NCBI GenBank assembly: GCA_963740315.1
Contig: CAVUDP010000002.1
Location: forward strand, 544,001 to 608,000
Source of the DNA: an uncultured cyanobacterium
GTDB lineage: Bacteria > Cyanobacteriota > Cyanobacteriia > Cyanobacteriales > Nostocaceae
Length of the DNA: 64,000 nt
Direction of reading: 5' to 3'
The translations under genes and the position numbers were made by a program. Below, piece after piece: positions 9,210-17,610 of the stretch. Under the pieces are notes generated by a model. That model was not told the origin of the DNA and searched no databases. It saw nothing but the letters and a program-made list of their open reading frames with translations. How positions within the stretch are numbered: the stretch's first letter is position 1; each line of letters begins with the position of its first letter.

Positions 9210-10397
9210 TTAAGACAGGAGTAGCTTCAAAAACGTTTTACCTACTTTATCAATGTTGTCATCTAAAGAAAATGTTAGACTTCTAACTCTGATATTTCCA
9301 ACTAATTCATTCAAAGGATGAGTTAATGGAGTTGGATAAATCAAAATAACTTCCGAGCAATTTTTAGAAACAGCATAAGCAACTACTTGGGCTACATCAT
9401 CAGCCGATGGGCTATCAGGAGTCTTGTATTTTGTATCGAGAATATAACGAGGTTTGGCGGTTGAAATATCGTATAGCAGTAAGTCTATTTTAAAATGTAG
9501 ATATTTCGCTATATTGACTCTTTCTTGAGATTTCATAATTAAGTTTGAAGGTAAGTGTACCTTTAGCCACTCAGCGATAAAGAGTTCATATAAACTTGCC
9601 ATATTGACAAGAAAAGGTAACATTTTAAAATTACCATTTTTATAAACTGGAGTAGTATTTTCTAAAAAGAACCTGCATAAATAGTGTAATAAACTATAAT
9701 CTTGATTTGAGCGCTTATAATTTAGCCTCAAACAATCTTCTGAGCTAAAAGGCTGTAGCGTTACTAATGGTTGCAAAGTATGATAAGCTTTTCGGATAAT
9801 AGTTGATACTTTTTGAGAACATAAGCTACTACGACTAATTAGAAAAAGTGTCCATAGAAGAATTTGATTCTCTTTTATATCAGCCGTTCGTTCTTGATAA
9901 TGACATAATGGTTTAACATTCCACGGCTTTTTTATTGTTTCTAATACATCTAGTCTTCCTCGCACGTAGGCAAGTTGCTGTGTTTTAGACAAGTAAGAAC
10001 AATATAAACCTTTACGAACACGTTCTAAAATAAGTTGAGCTAATATATAAGCTAAATTATTATAAAAACCCTCTAAAGAATCACAGTTCATTAATCCTTC
10101 AAGACAACGAAAAGACTTGAGGTTGTAAGCATATTCCAGCATTACAAAGAGATTTTTTATCGATACTTTTGGGTTTATCTTTAGAGCAAGTTTATGAGTT
10201 AAAGGTATATAACCTACCCATCCTTTAGCTTTTAGCTGCCATTTATCATCAGTCTTGTAGTTGGGAAATTCTATATCTATTTGTTTTTTGTATTTTTCAT
10301 ATAATTCTATTCCTACTGATTCAGATATTTCGTTAGTTTGTAATAATTTTTTTGTGTATTCAGTAAGTTCAATAATTACAGTTTTGTCTAAATTCAT
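9210..10397 (-). CDS. mcrC: McrC-family restriction endonuclease subunit
   Basis: 'GWVGYI', 'INPKV...NLF.MLEYA', 'LVNM..LYE.F', nuclease motif 'KIDLL...ILDTKYK', 'DVAQVVAYA'; lies directly downstream of McrB. Confidence 0.9.
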   Translation of the reverse strand: MNLDKTVIIELTEYTKKLLQTNEISESVGIELYEKYKKQIDIEFPNYKTDDKWQLKAKGWVGYIPLTHKLALKINPKVSIKNLFVMLEYAYNLKSFRCLEGLMNCDSLEGFYNNLAYILAQLILERVRKGLYCSYLSKTQQLAYVRGRLDVLETIKKPWNVKPLCHYQERTADIKENQILLWTLFLISRSSLCSQKVSTIIRKAYHTLQPLVTLQPFSSEDCLRLNYKRSNQDYSLLHYLCRFFLENTTPVYKNGNFKMLPFLVNMASLYELFIAEWLKVHLPSNLIMKSQERVNIAKYLHFKIDLLLYDISTAKPRYILDTKYKTPDSPSADDVAQVVAYAVSKNCSEVILIYPTPLTHPLNELVGNIRVRSLTFSLDDNIDKVGKTFLKLLLS

Positions 10398-10467
10398 TAT
10401 CGGAAGATTTAGTTAAAGTCCGAACCTATTTATAGATGAGGTTATAAAAATACTTATTAGATATACT

Positions 10468-12075
10468 TTATTGAAATAACTGTAATTTATTCCAGCGAAA
10501 TTGATCTACCGTCTCAAGCTGATTAAAGAAATATTCTTCTAAATAAGGCTCAATTTCCATACGCCAAATATCTTCAATATCATCAAGAAGATTATCTGTT
10601 ATAAAAAATGAAATCCCAATTTCATAATTTTTATCGCTAATTACTTGATTTATTCTTTGTAAAACATCAATTAATTTATCTATAGGAAAGTCAATATCAG
10701 CGTACCTTTTCCTTAGTATTTGATAATTTGGACGTAGTTCGATAAATGCAAAACGGCGACGAAGTGCATAATCAAATTCAGCAATCGATCTATCTGCTGT
10801 GTTCATAGTACCGATAATTCTGACATTTTCGGGTATACGAAAAGTATTTCCAGCAGCAAGAGGAATTTCTTTATTGCGATACTCCAGCAGATACATCAAC
10901 TCACCAAAAACTTGGGCAATATTCGCACGGTTTATTTCATCAATTATGAAAGTACAAATACCTTCACGAGTTTCTGCTTGATGACAAAATTTGATAAAAC
11001 AACCTGGAAGAAGAGGATATGTTAATTTTCCGTTTTTACTTTGGGGACGAATCCCTTGAATAAAGTCTTCGTAGGTATATGCTGGATGAAATTGCACTAA
11101 CTCTGAGAATCCATCACCACCGCTAATTAAAAGTTTGGCAATTTTTTCTGCAATAAATGTTTTTCCCGTTCCTGGAGAACCGTATATAATAGCTTGTTTT
11201 TTACGGTGAATTGAGCGTATCCAACTTTGTAATTTAATTTCACTAATTCCAGTATCTTCAGCACATTTAGATAAAGTATATTCTGTTTGTAATTCTATAC
11301 TATTAATATTTAAATCATTATCTTTATATTTATCATTCGATGGAGCCTTCTCATGATAAAAGGGATCTTTTTTAATCGCTACTAACCAGTGAGAAAACAT
11401 ATCAAATAAGTCATCATCTCTTAAAGCTGGTACACCTGATTGATGCATATACTCGCATAATTCTCCAATCAGTTCGTGCCCAGTACTATTTAAAGCAGGA
11501 TAATCAATAAGTTTGCTAGTATAAGCAGTATTCGCAAAATAATTTATAACTTTTCTAGATTTATTGGTAACTAATAAAAATTTATCTGGCTGTAGTGCGT
11601 TAAGAATAGGTGTAATTATTTCTATTCGGAAGCTTTTAGAATGAGGTAATTGAGTAAATTCCGTACAAGCCGCTGATAATTCCTTTGGATTTGCATTGCA
11701 GCGACGAACAAAATGAAAAAAACTTAATCCTATTTGCTTCCAGTCTTTTGGAACTGTAATTTTTACTTTTTCAAGCCATTCTTTTATGTCCTTTATAGCT
11801 GGATAGGTATAAATCCAAGCTTCTAAATGGCGATTATTTATATTTTCACTATAAGGTAATAGCTGTAGCAGAATAGACTCAGTTACATCTTCCCCCGAAT
11901 CCGCTTTTTTAGCGTTCAGCCGAACGGCTGCGTCTATCGCCCTAAAGTTACGATATCCAATTTCACGCTGTTGAGCGTAAGCTGCGGTATGGGTTATTCC
12001 ATGAGATGTATTAGGATAGGAATTAGCAAATTCTTGAAAAAGTCGGATAAATTCATCTATCTTAGTCGCAATCAT
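10468..12075 (-). CDS. mcrB: McrB-family AAA+ GTPase with an uncharacterised ~260-aa N-terminal domain
   Basis: Walker A GSPGTGKT, 'VQFHPAYTYEDFIQG', Walker B IIDEINRAN, McrB signature GTMNTADRS, 'ALRRRF'. Confidence 0.92.
   Translation of the reverse strand: MIATKIDEFIRLFQEFANSYPNTSHGITHTAAYAQQREIGYRNFRAIDAAVRLNAKKADSGEDVTESILLQLLPYSENINNRHLEAWIYTYPAIKDIKEWLEKVKITVPKDWKQIGLSFFHFVRRCNANPKELSAACTEFTQLPHSKSFRIEIITPILNALQPDKFLLVTNKSRKVINYFANTAYTSKLIDYPALNSTGHELIGELCEYMHQSGVPALRDDDLFDMFSHWLVAIKKDPFYHEKAPSNDKYKDNDLNINSIELQTEYTLSKCAEDTGISEIKLQSWIRSIHRKKQAIIYGSPGTGKTFIAEKIAKLLISGGDGFSELVQFHPAYTYEDFIQGIRPQSKNGKLTYPLLPGCFIKFCHQAETREGICTFIIDEINRANIAQVFGELMYLLEYRNKEIPLAAGNTFRIPENVRIIGTMNTADRSIAEFDYALRRRFAFIELRPNYQILRKRYADIDFPIDKLIDVLQRINQVISDKNYEIGISFFITDNLLDDIEDIWRMEIEPYLEEYFFNQLETVDQFRWNKLQLFQ
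11915..11935. mobile_element. 21-nt small dispersed repeat (SDR5-like) inserted in a HIP1 octamer inside mcrB
   Basis: GCG|TTCAGCCGAACGGCTGCGTCT|ATCGC; removal restores GCGATCGC; internal hairpin CAGCCG-AA-CGGCTG. Confidence 0.75.
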
Positions 12076-12102
12076 TTTTACAAAAAATTACAGTATATTT
12101 AA

Positions 12103-12537
12103 TTACATAAAAAATTTAAACTCTTGTTCTTTTAAGTATCGATAACTTTGTGGAGGTGTAAATGAGGGTATTTTTTTTCTTAAATTTTCTAAATTAATTG
12201 AAACATCAAATTTTTTTGGATTTCTCAAAAAGATTCCTACAAAAAACGAAGCACCTTCATAATATTTATAAAAATCTTTAGAGGTTATACCAGCCTTTTC
12301 ATGAACAAGATTCCAATAAGTTTTAATATTTTCTTGTAAATCTATCTTTTCTTGAATAATATTTTCTACTTCAAATAACCCCACCAAAGCTTTTGTAGGT
12401 GATGAAACATATACAAGAACGATATCATCTATAATTAGTCGAGTACGTACACGACGCAACTCAACTGTTTTTTGACCTGAAAAAATCTTTGATGCATATT
12501 CAGGTTTTATTGATAATAATAATATATTTGCAGGCAT
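12103..12537 (-). CDS. ASCH (PUA-like) domain protein
   Basis: 'LLSIKPEYASKIFSGQKTVELRR...VYVSSPTKALVG.F.V' and 'PPQSYRYL'; ATG at 12537 preferred over 12606, which overlaps the upstream gene. Confidence 0.88.
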   Translation of the reverse strand: MPANILLLSIKPEYASKIFSGQKTVELRRVRTRLIIDDIVLVYVSSPTKALVGLFEVENIIQEKIDLQENIKTYWNLVHEKAGITSKDFYKYYEGASFFVGIFLRNPKKFDVSINLENLRKKIPSFTPPQSYRYLKEQEFKFFM

Positions 12538-12550
12538 TTTTCTGCTGTTT

Positions 12551-14653
12551 TTATAATTCTTTTTCGGAACCGAGATTATATAATTGATGAAAAGCATTAT
12601 TGTCAATTTTACATAGTGACTGAAATGTTATTTTTGGATTATTTAAGATTTTTTGAATCGTTTTGAGTTCTATCTTGTTTAATAGCTCAGTATAACCAAA
12701 ACGAATAGCCATGATATTTCCATCTTTATCTTTATTGATACATGATAAATCGCTTAATTTATAAACACCTAAACGCTGAAAAATTTGAAAAAGATTTTCT
12801 GGTTTATCAATCATCACTTCATCAACTAAAGAGCAGGCTCGAATCGCTCCAACATGAACATAACTTGGGTTTTGACTAACATACCAAAGAATTCTGAAAG
12901 GTGCTTTGATTCTTCCAGAAGTTTTCGCTGAACGATAGTAAACTGCTTCCTTATTAAAAGCAAGTTCGTTTTTAGCTCCAAATAGAAATAAATGTTGATT
13001 TGCTAACCCTTCATCAAATAAATCCTTTGCCCATCTAGGTTGAATGGGAACGATAAAGGTTGGAATTTCAGCATCAATAATCTTTGCAGGAAATAAAAAC
13101 CTTTCAATATTTGCTCCCAACTGAACATCTTGGATAAAATTGTCTTTATTAATACTATTCGCCAATTCCAGAGATAAATGATACTCTTTTTTCAAGCTAT
13201 TTTCTATCTTTTTAAGCCGCTTTGATAGTTGAGATGCAGTCTCCATAACTGCTAAATTTATTTTGAAAAAGTCGTTATTAACTCGGATAAATCTATGTGA
13301 CTCAATAGCTTTATAAACTGTATCTTGTAAGCAAGAGTCATTAATTATTGTAAAATCCCGACCTTCACGAGCCGAACGTAATACTGATTTAAAAATTAGA
13401 TGTTGTACAAGAGTTGCTGATAAAGGATTATTACTAACGCGGATTATAGGTATTTCTAATTCATAATTATTATGTCTACCATAAACTATTAAAGCTAGCG
13501 GTTTGTCTTCTTTTTCAATAACTTTAAAACATTCAAAATCTTCAGGATAGGTAAGAAAACGCCGTAACTTCTGTTGAAATTGTGCCTTTGTTTCATCCTT
13601 TTCGGAGCAGTAAAAATAATTAGTTATTGTTTCTTCTTCTCCTTTTTTTACTGGCACTTGCTCCAATGAAGTTCCAGCTAACCGTATGGGTTGATATTCA
13701 GGATTTCGACCTAGTTCGTTTAATTGAATGATTAAGTTGATTGGTCGAATAACTGATAATTTAAAATTTTCATAAATTTCATTAGCGATATCTAATAATC
13801 GTGAGTTTCTAGTCACAAATATATTAGAATCTGAAGCAATAGCCCTAGCAAAATGATGAATGTCGATTTCTGATTTTAGTATGCCTTTTTGAGACAGAAA
13901 AGTTTTTAATTTTTCTTGATAATTGCCTAGCTTTCCTGACTGGCAAGTTAAAACAGTAAACTGCTGATTTTGGGCAAATTGGCGATGAAGTTTTCGTTCT
14001 TCGTCACTATTAATATTATTAATCTGAATAAATATTCCATCAGTTATACATAACTCTAATTCTGGTTCTAACCAATCAGCTAATAGCAGCTTTGATTCAT
14101 TCTTATCCAAATATTCATCATCATCAGCATATAAATCTAAAAAAACTCGATCGTCAATTACAACACAAAGTTTTGATTCAAGTTTTTGAATTGGAGCAAT
14201 AGAAAATAGATTGGGATGACCATAATCGTACCACCAATAAGTTAGCATTTTTCCATCTTTTCCCCTACCTGGTTTCTCCCATTTAGGAATAAAACCATTA
14301 CCAGACCACATATTGTCCAATCCGTAATCATTGCGACAGCTTAAACCTATACCTTCATATTTATCTTGAGTAATTTTTTTGAGTTTATCGATCAGCTTTT
14401 TGGTAATACCTTTACCTCTATGTGACGGTGCTATGCAAAGATGAACAATAGTAATACGGTTGTAAGATGTGCGAAATAATAGATAGCCAGCAAACTCGGC
14501 TTCAGAATCAATAGCTATGAGTATTTCCTGCTTTTTCGCTGATTCTGTAAAAGCTTTGTCGGGTAAGAAACCAAGAGTTTTACGATTTTTATCTCCCAAT
14601 CGTATTACTTCTTGTAGATATGGGGATTTATCATCAATAGATTGAATTTTCAA
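12551..14653 (-). CDS. multidomain protein: GNAT acetyltransferase, PIN-like domain, C-terminal PUA/EVE/ASCH-like domain
   Basis: GNAT acetyl-CoA motif 'HLCIAPSHRGKGIT'; PIN-like 'VVIDDRVFLD...DIHHFARA......FVTRN'; C-terminal 'FIVPIQPRWAKDLF...VYYRS...RILWYVS...AIRA...V.EV'; TTG start with purine-rich RBS. Confidence 0.78.
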   Translation of the reverse strand: MKIQSIDDKSPYLQEVIRLGDKNRKTLGFLPDKAFTESAKKQEILIAIDSEAEFAGYLLFRTSYNRITIVHLCIAPSHRGKGITKKLIDKLKKITQDKYEGIGLSCRNDYGLDNMWSGNGFIPKWEKPGRGKDGKMLTYWWYDYGHPNLFSIAPIQKLESKLCVVIDDRVFLDLYADDDEYLDKNESKLLLADWLEPELELCITDGIFIQINNINSDEERKLHRQFAQNQQFTVLTCQSGKLGNYQEKLKTFLSQKGILKSEIDIHHFARAIASDSNIFVTRNSRLLDIANEIYENFKLSVIRPINLIIQLNELGRNPEYQPIRLAGTSLEQVPVKKGEEETITNYFYCSEKDETKAQFQQKLRRFLTYPEDFECFKVIEKEDKPLALIVYGRHNNYELEIPIIRVSNNPLSATLVQHLIFKSVLRSAREGRDFTIINDSCLQDTVYKAIESHRFIRVNNDFFKINLAVMETASQLSKRLKKIENSLKKEYHLSLELANSINKDNFIQDVQLGANIERFLFPAKIIDAEIPTFIVPIQPRWAKDLFDEGLANQHLFLFGAKNELAFNKEAVYYRSAKTSGRIKAPFRILWYVSQNPSYVHVGAIRACSLVDEVMIDKPENLFQIFQRLGVYKLSDLSCINKDKDGNIMAIRFGYTELLNKIELKTIQKILNNPKITFQSLCKIDNNAFHQLYNLGSEKEL

Positions 14654-14742
14654 TTAGTCTTACCCCTAGATAAACAAATGAGAATTATTTTAAAAGGATT
14701 TTATACAAATAAAACTTGTACTAGCACATTGAAACCATGCTT

Positions 14743-14756
14743 AGTACATATGTCCC
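14743..14756. promoter_or_regulatory. possible cyanobacterial LexA box upstream of the GNAT-ASCH-mcrBC cluster
   Basis: AGTACATATGTCCC has one mismatch to RGTACNNNDGTWCB; a second TAGTAC half-site on the minus strand at 14718-14723. Confidence 0.4.
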
Positions 14757-14804
14757 TAGATTTATAGTTTGAAGGTATTTATGCAATTTGGCAAGAGGTT
14801 TACC

Positions 14805-15740
14805 TCAATCACTAACCTCCTCCCCCAAACACCTCAACCCCAACAAACCCGCACCATAAACAGCTTCAAACCTCGGAAAAACCACGTTAATCTCAGTATT
14901 AATACAACTTACAAACCTCTCCCACATCTTGCATTTACTTTTCCAAACGCTTCCAGTAGTAACAATCTCAAAAAAATCCCCTTCAACAAAAATCTCATCA
15001 ATAACTGTTACCGTAGCTTTCACCAACTCATTCACAGCATCATCAATTATCTTATTTGCGACTTCATCACCTTCAACAGCTGCATTATCAACAATTGGAG
15101 CTAAAGCAGCGATTTCCTTTACACCCAATCCTTTTCTATAAATTATTTCTATTAATTCTTCTATATTGTTTAAACCAAGATGATTTTGAAAATCTTTTAC
15201 TAAACTTGTAGAAATTCCTCGTCCATCGTAAGCTTTTAAAGCTGCTTGCATTCCCGCAACTGCAATTTTATAAGCTCCACCTTCATCACCTAAAATATAT
15301 CCCCAACCACCGACTCTTTTAGTTTCTCCTCGATGATTTCTACCGAAAACTATGGAACCAGTTCCCGCAGCAACAACAATTCCGACATCATTACCAATTC
15401 CACCTACCAAAGCAATTAATGCATCGTGAGAAATAATTATATTTTGCGAATTTATATTGCTAATTGTGGGTATATCTTTAATTATTTTTCTGACTACTTC
15501 GATATCTTTTGCACGTCCAACACCAGCTAAACCCAAACAAATCGCATCAATTTTTATCTTATCCGTTGTTGTTATTGCTTTATTAATAGCAGATTCAATA
15601 GAATATTTTGCAGCTTCAATTCCCACACTTTGATAATTTGAAGAACCAGCTTCACCGCGTCCTAAAATTTCACGTCGATCGCTCATCAATACGCAAACTG
15701 TTTTACTTCCACCGCCATCTATTCCTAAAACATAAACCAT
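14805..15740 (-). CDS. BadF/BadG-type N-acetylglucosamine/N-acetylmuramic acid kinase
   Basis: 'LGIDGGGSKT', 'HDALIAL', 'AGTGSI', 'GGWGYILGDEGG'; adjacent to an AmpG-like permease. Confidence 0.88.
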   Translation of the reverse strand: MVYVLGIDGGGSKTVCVLMSDRREILGRGEAGSSNYQSVGIEAAKYSIESAINKAITTTDKIKIDAICLGLAGVGRAKDIEVVRKIIKDIPTISNINSQNIIISHDALIALVGGIGNDVGIVVAAGTGSIVFGRNHRGETKRVGGWGYILGDEGGAYKIAVAGMQAALKAYDGRGISTSLVKDFQNHLGLNNIEELIEIIYRKGLGVKEIAALAPIVDNAAVEGDEVANKIIDDAVNELVKATVTVIDEIFVEGDFFEIVTTGSVWKSKCKMWERFVSCINTEINVVFPRFEAVYGAGLLGLRCLGEEVSD

Positions 15741-15819
15741 AGAATTTTAGATTTTAGGTTCGTAGTAAGGACTTTAGTCCTTTCTTTACGAGGGAACCAA
15801 TGCCCTTACTACAAACTTT

Positions 15820-17109
15820 TTAAGCTCGATCTGCTTCTTCATCCAAAGGAATAAAAAAGATAGTCGCCATACCAGGAATAGTTAATAAACAAACGATAAC
15901 AAAAAAGACTGGATATCCAACTGATTGTTGAATTTGACCGCTAATTGCACCGGGAAGCATCAAACCTAATGCCATTAATCCTGTAGAGATGGCGAAGTGC
16001 GAGGTTTTATATTCGCCTTTGCAAATGTACATTAAATATACGGTAAAAGCTGTAAATCCCAAACCGTAACCGAATTGTTCTAAGGAAACTAAAGGATAAA
16101 CTAATTCTATCGGTGGTTTAGCATAAGCCATGTAAACATAAAATAAGTCGGGTAAATTCAACGCTAAAGCCATTGGCAGCAAGCATTTTTTTAAACCGTA
16201 TTTAGCAATTACTAATCCACCTAAAATACCGCCGCTAATTAACGAAATTACACCAACTGTTCCGTATACTAAACCGAATTCCGATGTAGTCAAACCCAAA
16301 CCACCAGCAGTTCTTTCATCCAATAAAAATAAAGTGGCTATTTTTACTAACATCGCTTCACCCAATCTATAGAGCAAGATAAATGCTAAAATAGCGATGA
16401 TATTACGTTGAGCAAAATACGAGCGAATTACCGTTACAAAAGGGATATCATTTCTTGTAGATTCAGATTCTCTTCTCTGTTTTACTTCCGGTTGTGGCAG
16501 AATAAATAGATGAAATATAAAAAGTATTGCAAAAATTAAAGATGCGAATCCAATGGTAATACTCCAACTTAAAGGAATATTTTCGGTAGACTTTTCTAAA
16601 CTTCCTGCTAAATATACTAAAAATCCCGTACTAAATATAATTGCTAGTCTATAGGATAGGGTACGAATCCCCACAAAAAAAGCTTGTTTCTTTTCACTTA
16701 ATGCCAACATATAAAAACCATCTGTGGCAATATCATAAGTGGCAGAAATAAATGCCCCAACTAATAGTATTACTAAGGAAAGAGAAAAGAAACTTGATGT
16801 GGGCAGTTGAAAAGATAAAGCTAATGCAGCTAAACATAAGCACATAGCAAACTGCATGGTTAGCAGCCATCTTCTTTTTGTAGAATAAATATCTACTGCT
16901 GGTCCCCAAAACATTTTGACTACCCAAGGAAGGTTAATTATGCTCGTCCAAAATGTAATTTGAGCGTTATCAATTCCTAAATTTTTATAAAAAACTACCG
17001 ATACCGCATTAATAATCATGTACGGCATCCCTTCAGCAAAATAAAGGCTGGGAATATAAGCCCAAGGCGAAATAAATTTATTTTGCGGTTTATCAGTTTG
17101 AATTGTCAT
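15820..17109 (-). CDS. ampG: AmpG-like MFS muropeptide permease
   Basis: 'LYFAEGMPY', 'LPWVVKMFWGPAVD', 'SATYDIATDGFY'; about 12 TM segments. Confidence 0.72.
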   Translation of the reverse strand: MTIQTDKPQNKFISPWAYIPSLYFAEGMPYMIINAVSVVFYKNLGIDNAQITFWTSIINLPWVVKMFWGPAVDIYSTKRRWLLTMQFAMCLCLAALALSFQLPTSSFFSLSLVILLVGAFISATYDIATDGFYMLALSEKKQAFFVGIRTLSYRLAIIFSTGFLVYLAGSLEKSTENIPLSWSITIGFASLIFAILFIFHLFILPQPEVKQRRESESTRNDIPFVTVIRSYFAQRNIIAILAFILLYRLGEAMLVKIATLFLLDERTAGGLGLTTSEFGLVYGTVGVISLISGGILGGLVIAKYGLKKCLLPMALALNLPDLFYVYMAYAKPPIELVYPLVSLEQFGYGLGFTAFTVYLMYICKGEYKTSHFAISTGLMALGLMLPGAISGQIQQSVGYPVFFVIVCLLTIPGMATIFFIPLDEEADRA

Positions 17110-17610
17110 AGTTGCAAGTAACTAATTTTAATTACTATGTGTAAATAGGATAGAACTTGTGTAATTTTAGAGAGACGTAATCTTGCTATAGCTTGTTGCC
17201 ACAAGTTTGAATAAAATACGGCAAGTCTACGTTATAAAATTCGTCTACTATTATAAAATTCAGATAATCTTTATAATTTGTTACCACTAATTACTCAGAT
17301 ATTGATGGTATTCATCCCATAATTACTTTTTTTAGTCAATATTTCTTTATACAACTATATACAGTTACCAAAAGTTAGGAGTTAAGAGTTAAGACCACCG
17401 GAGTTAAGCAATTTTAAATTCTTTTTTCTTCCTCTACTCTCATCCCCCCATCTCCCTCTCTCCCCATCTCCCAATCCCCTTGTCCCCACTTCCCCATTCA
17501 ACCACGAAAAATAAATTAGATTTTTGATGATTCCGTTTAGCTTCCGCAAGCTTGTGGCAAAATTTATTAAGTTTATAAAAGTCCTCCCAATAATTTAGAG
17601 TTTTCCCAGC

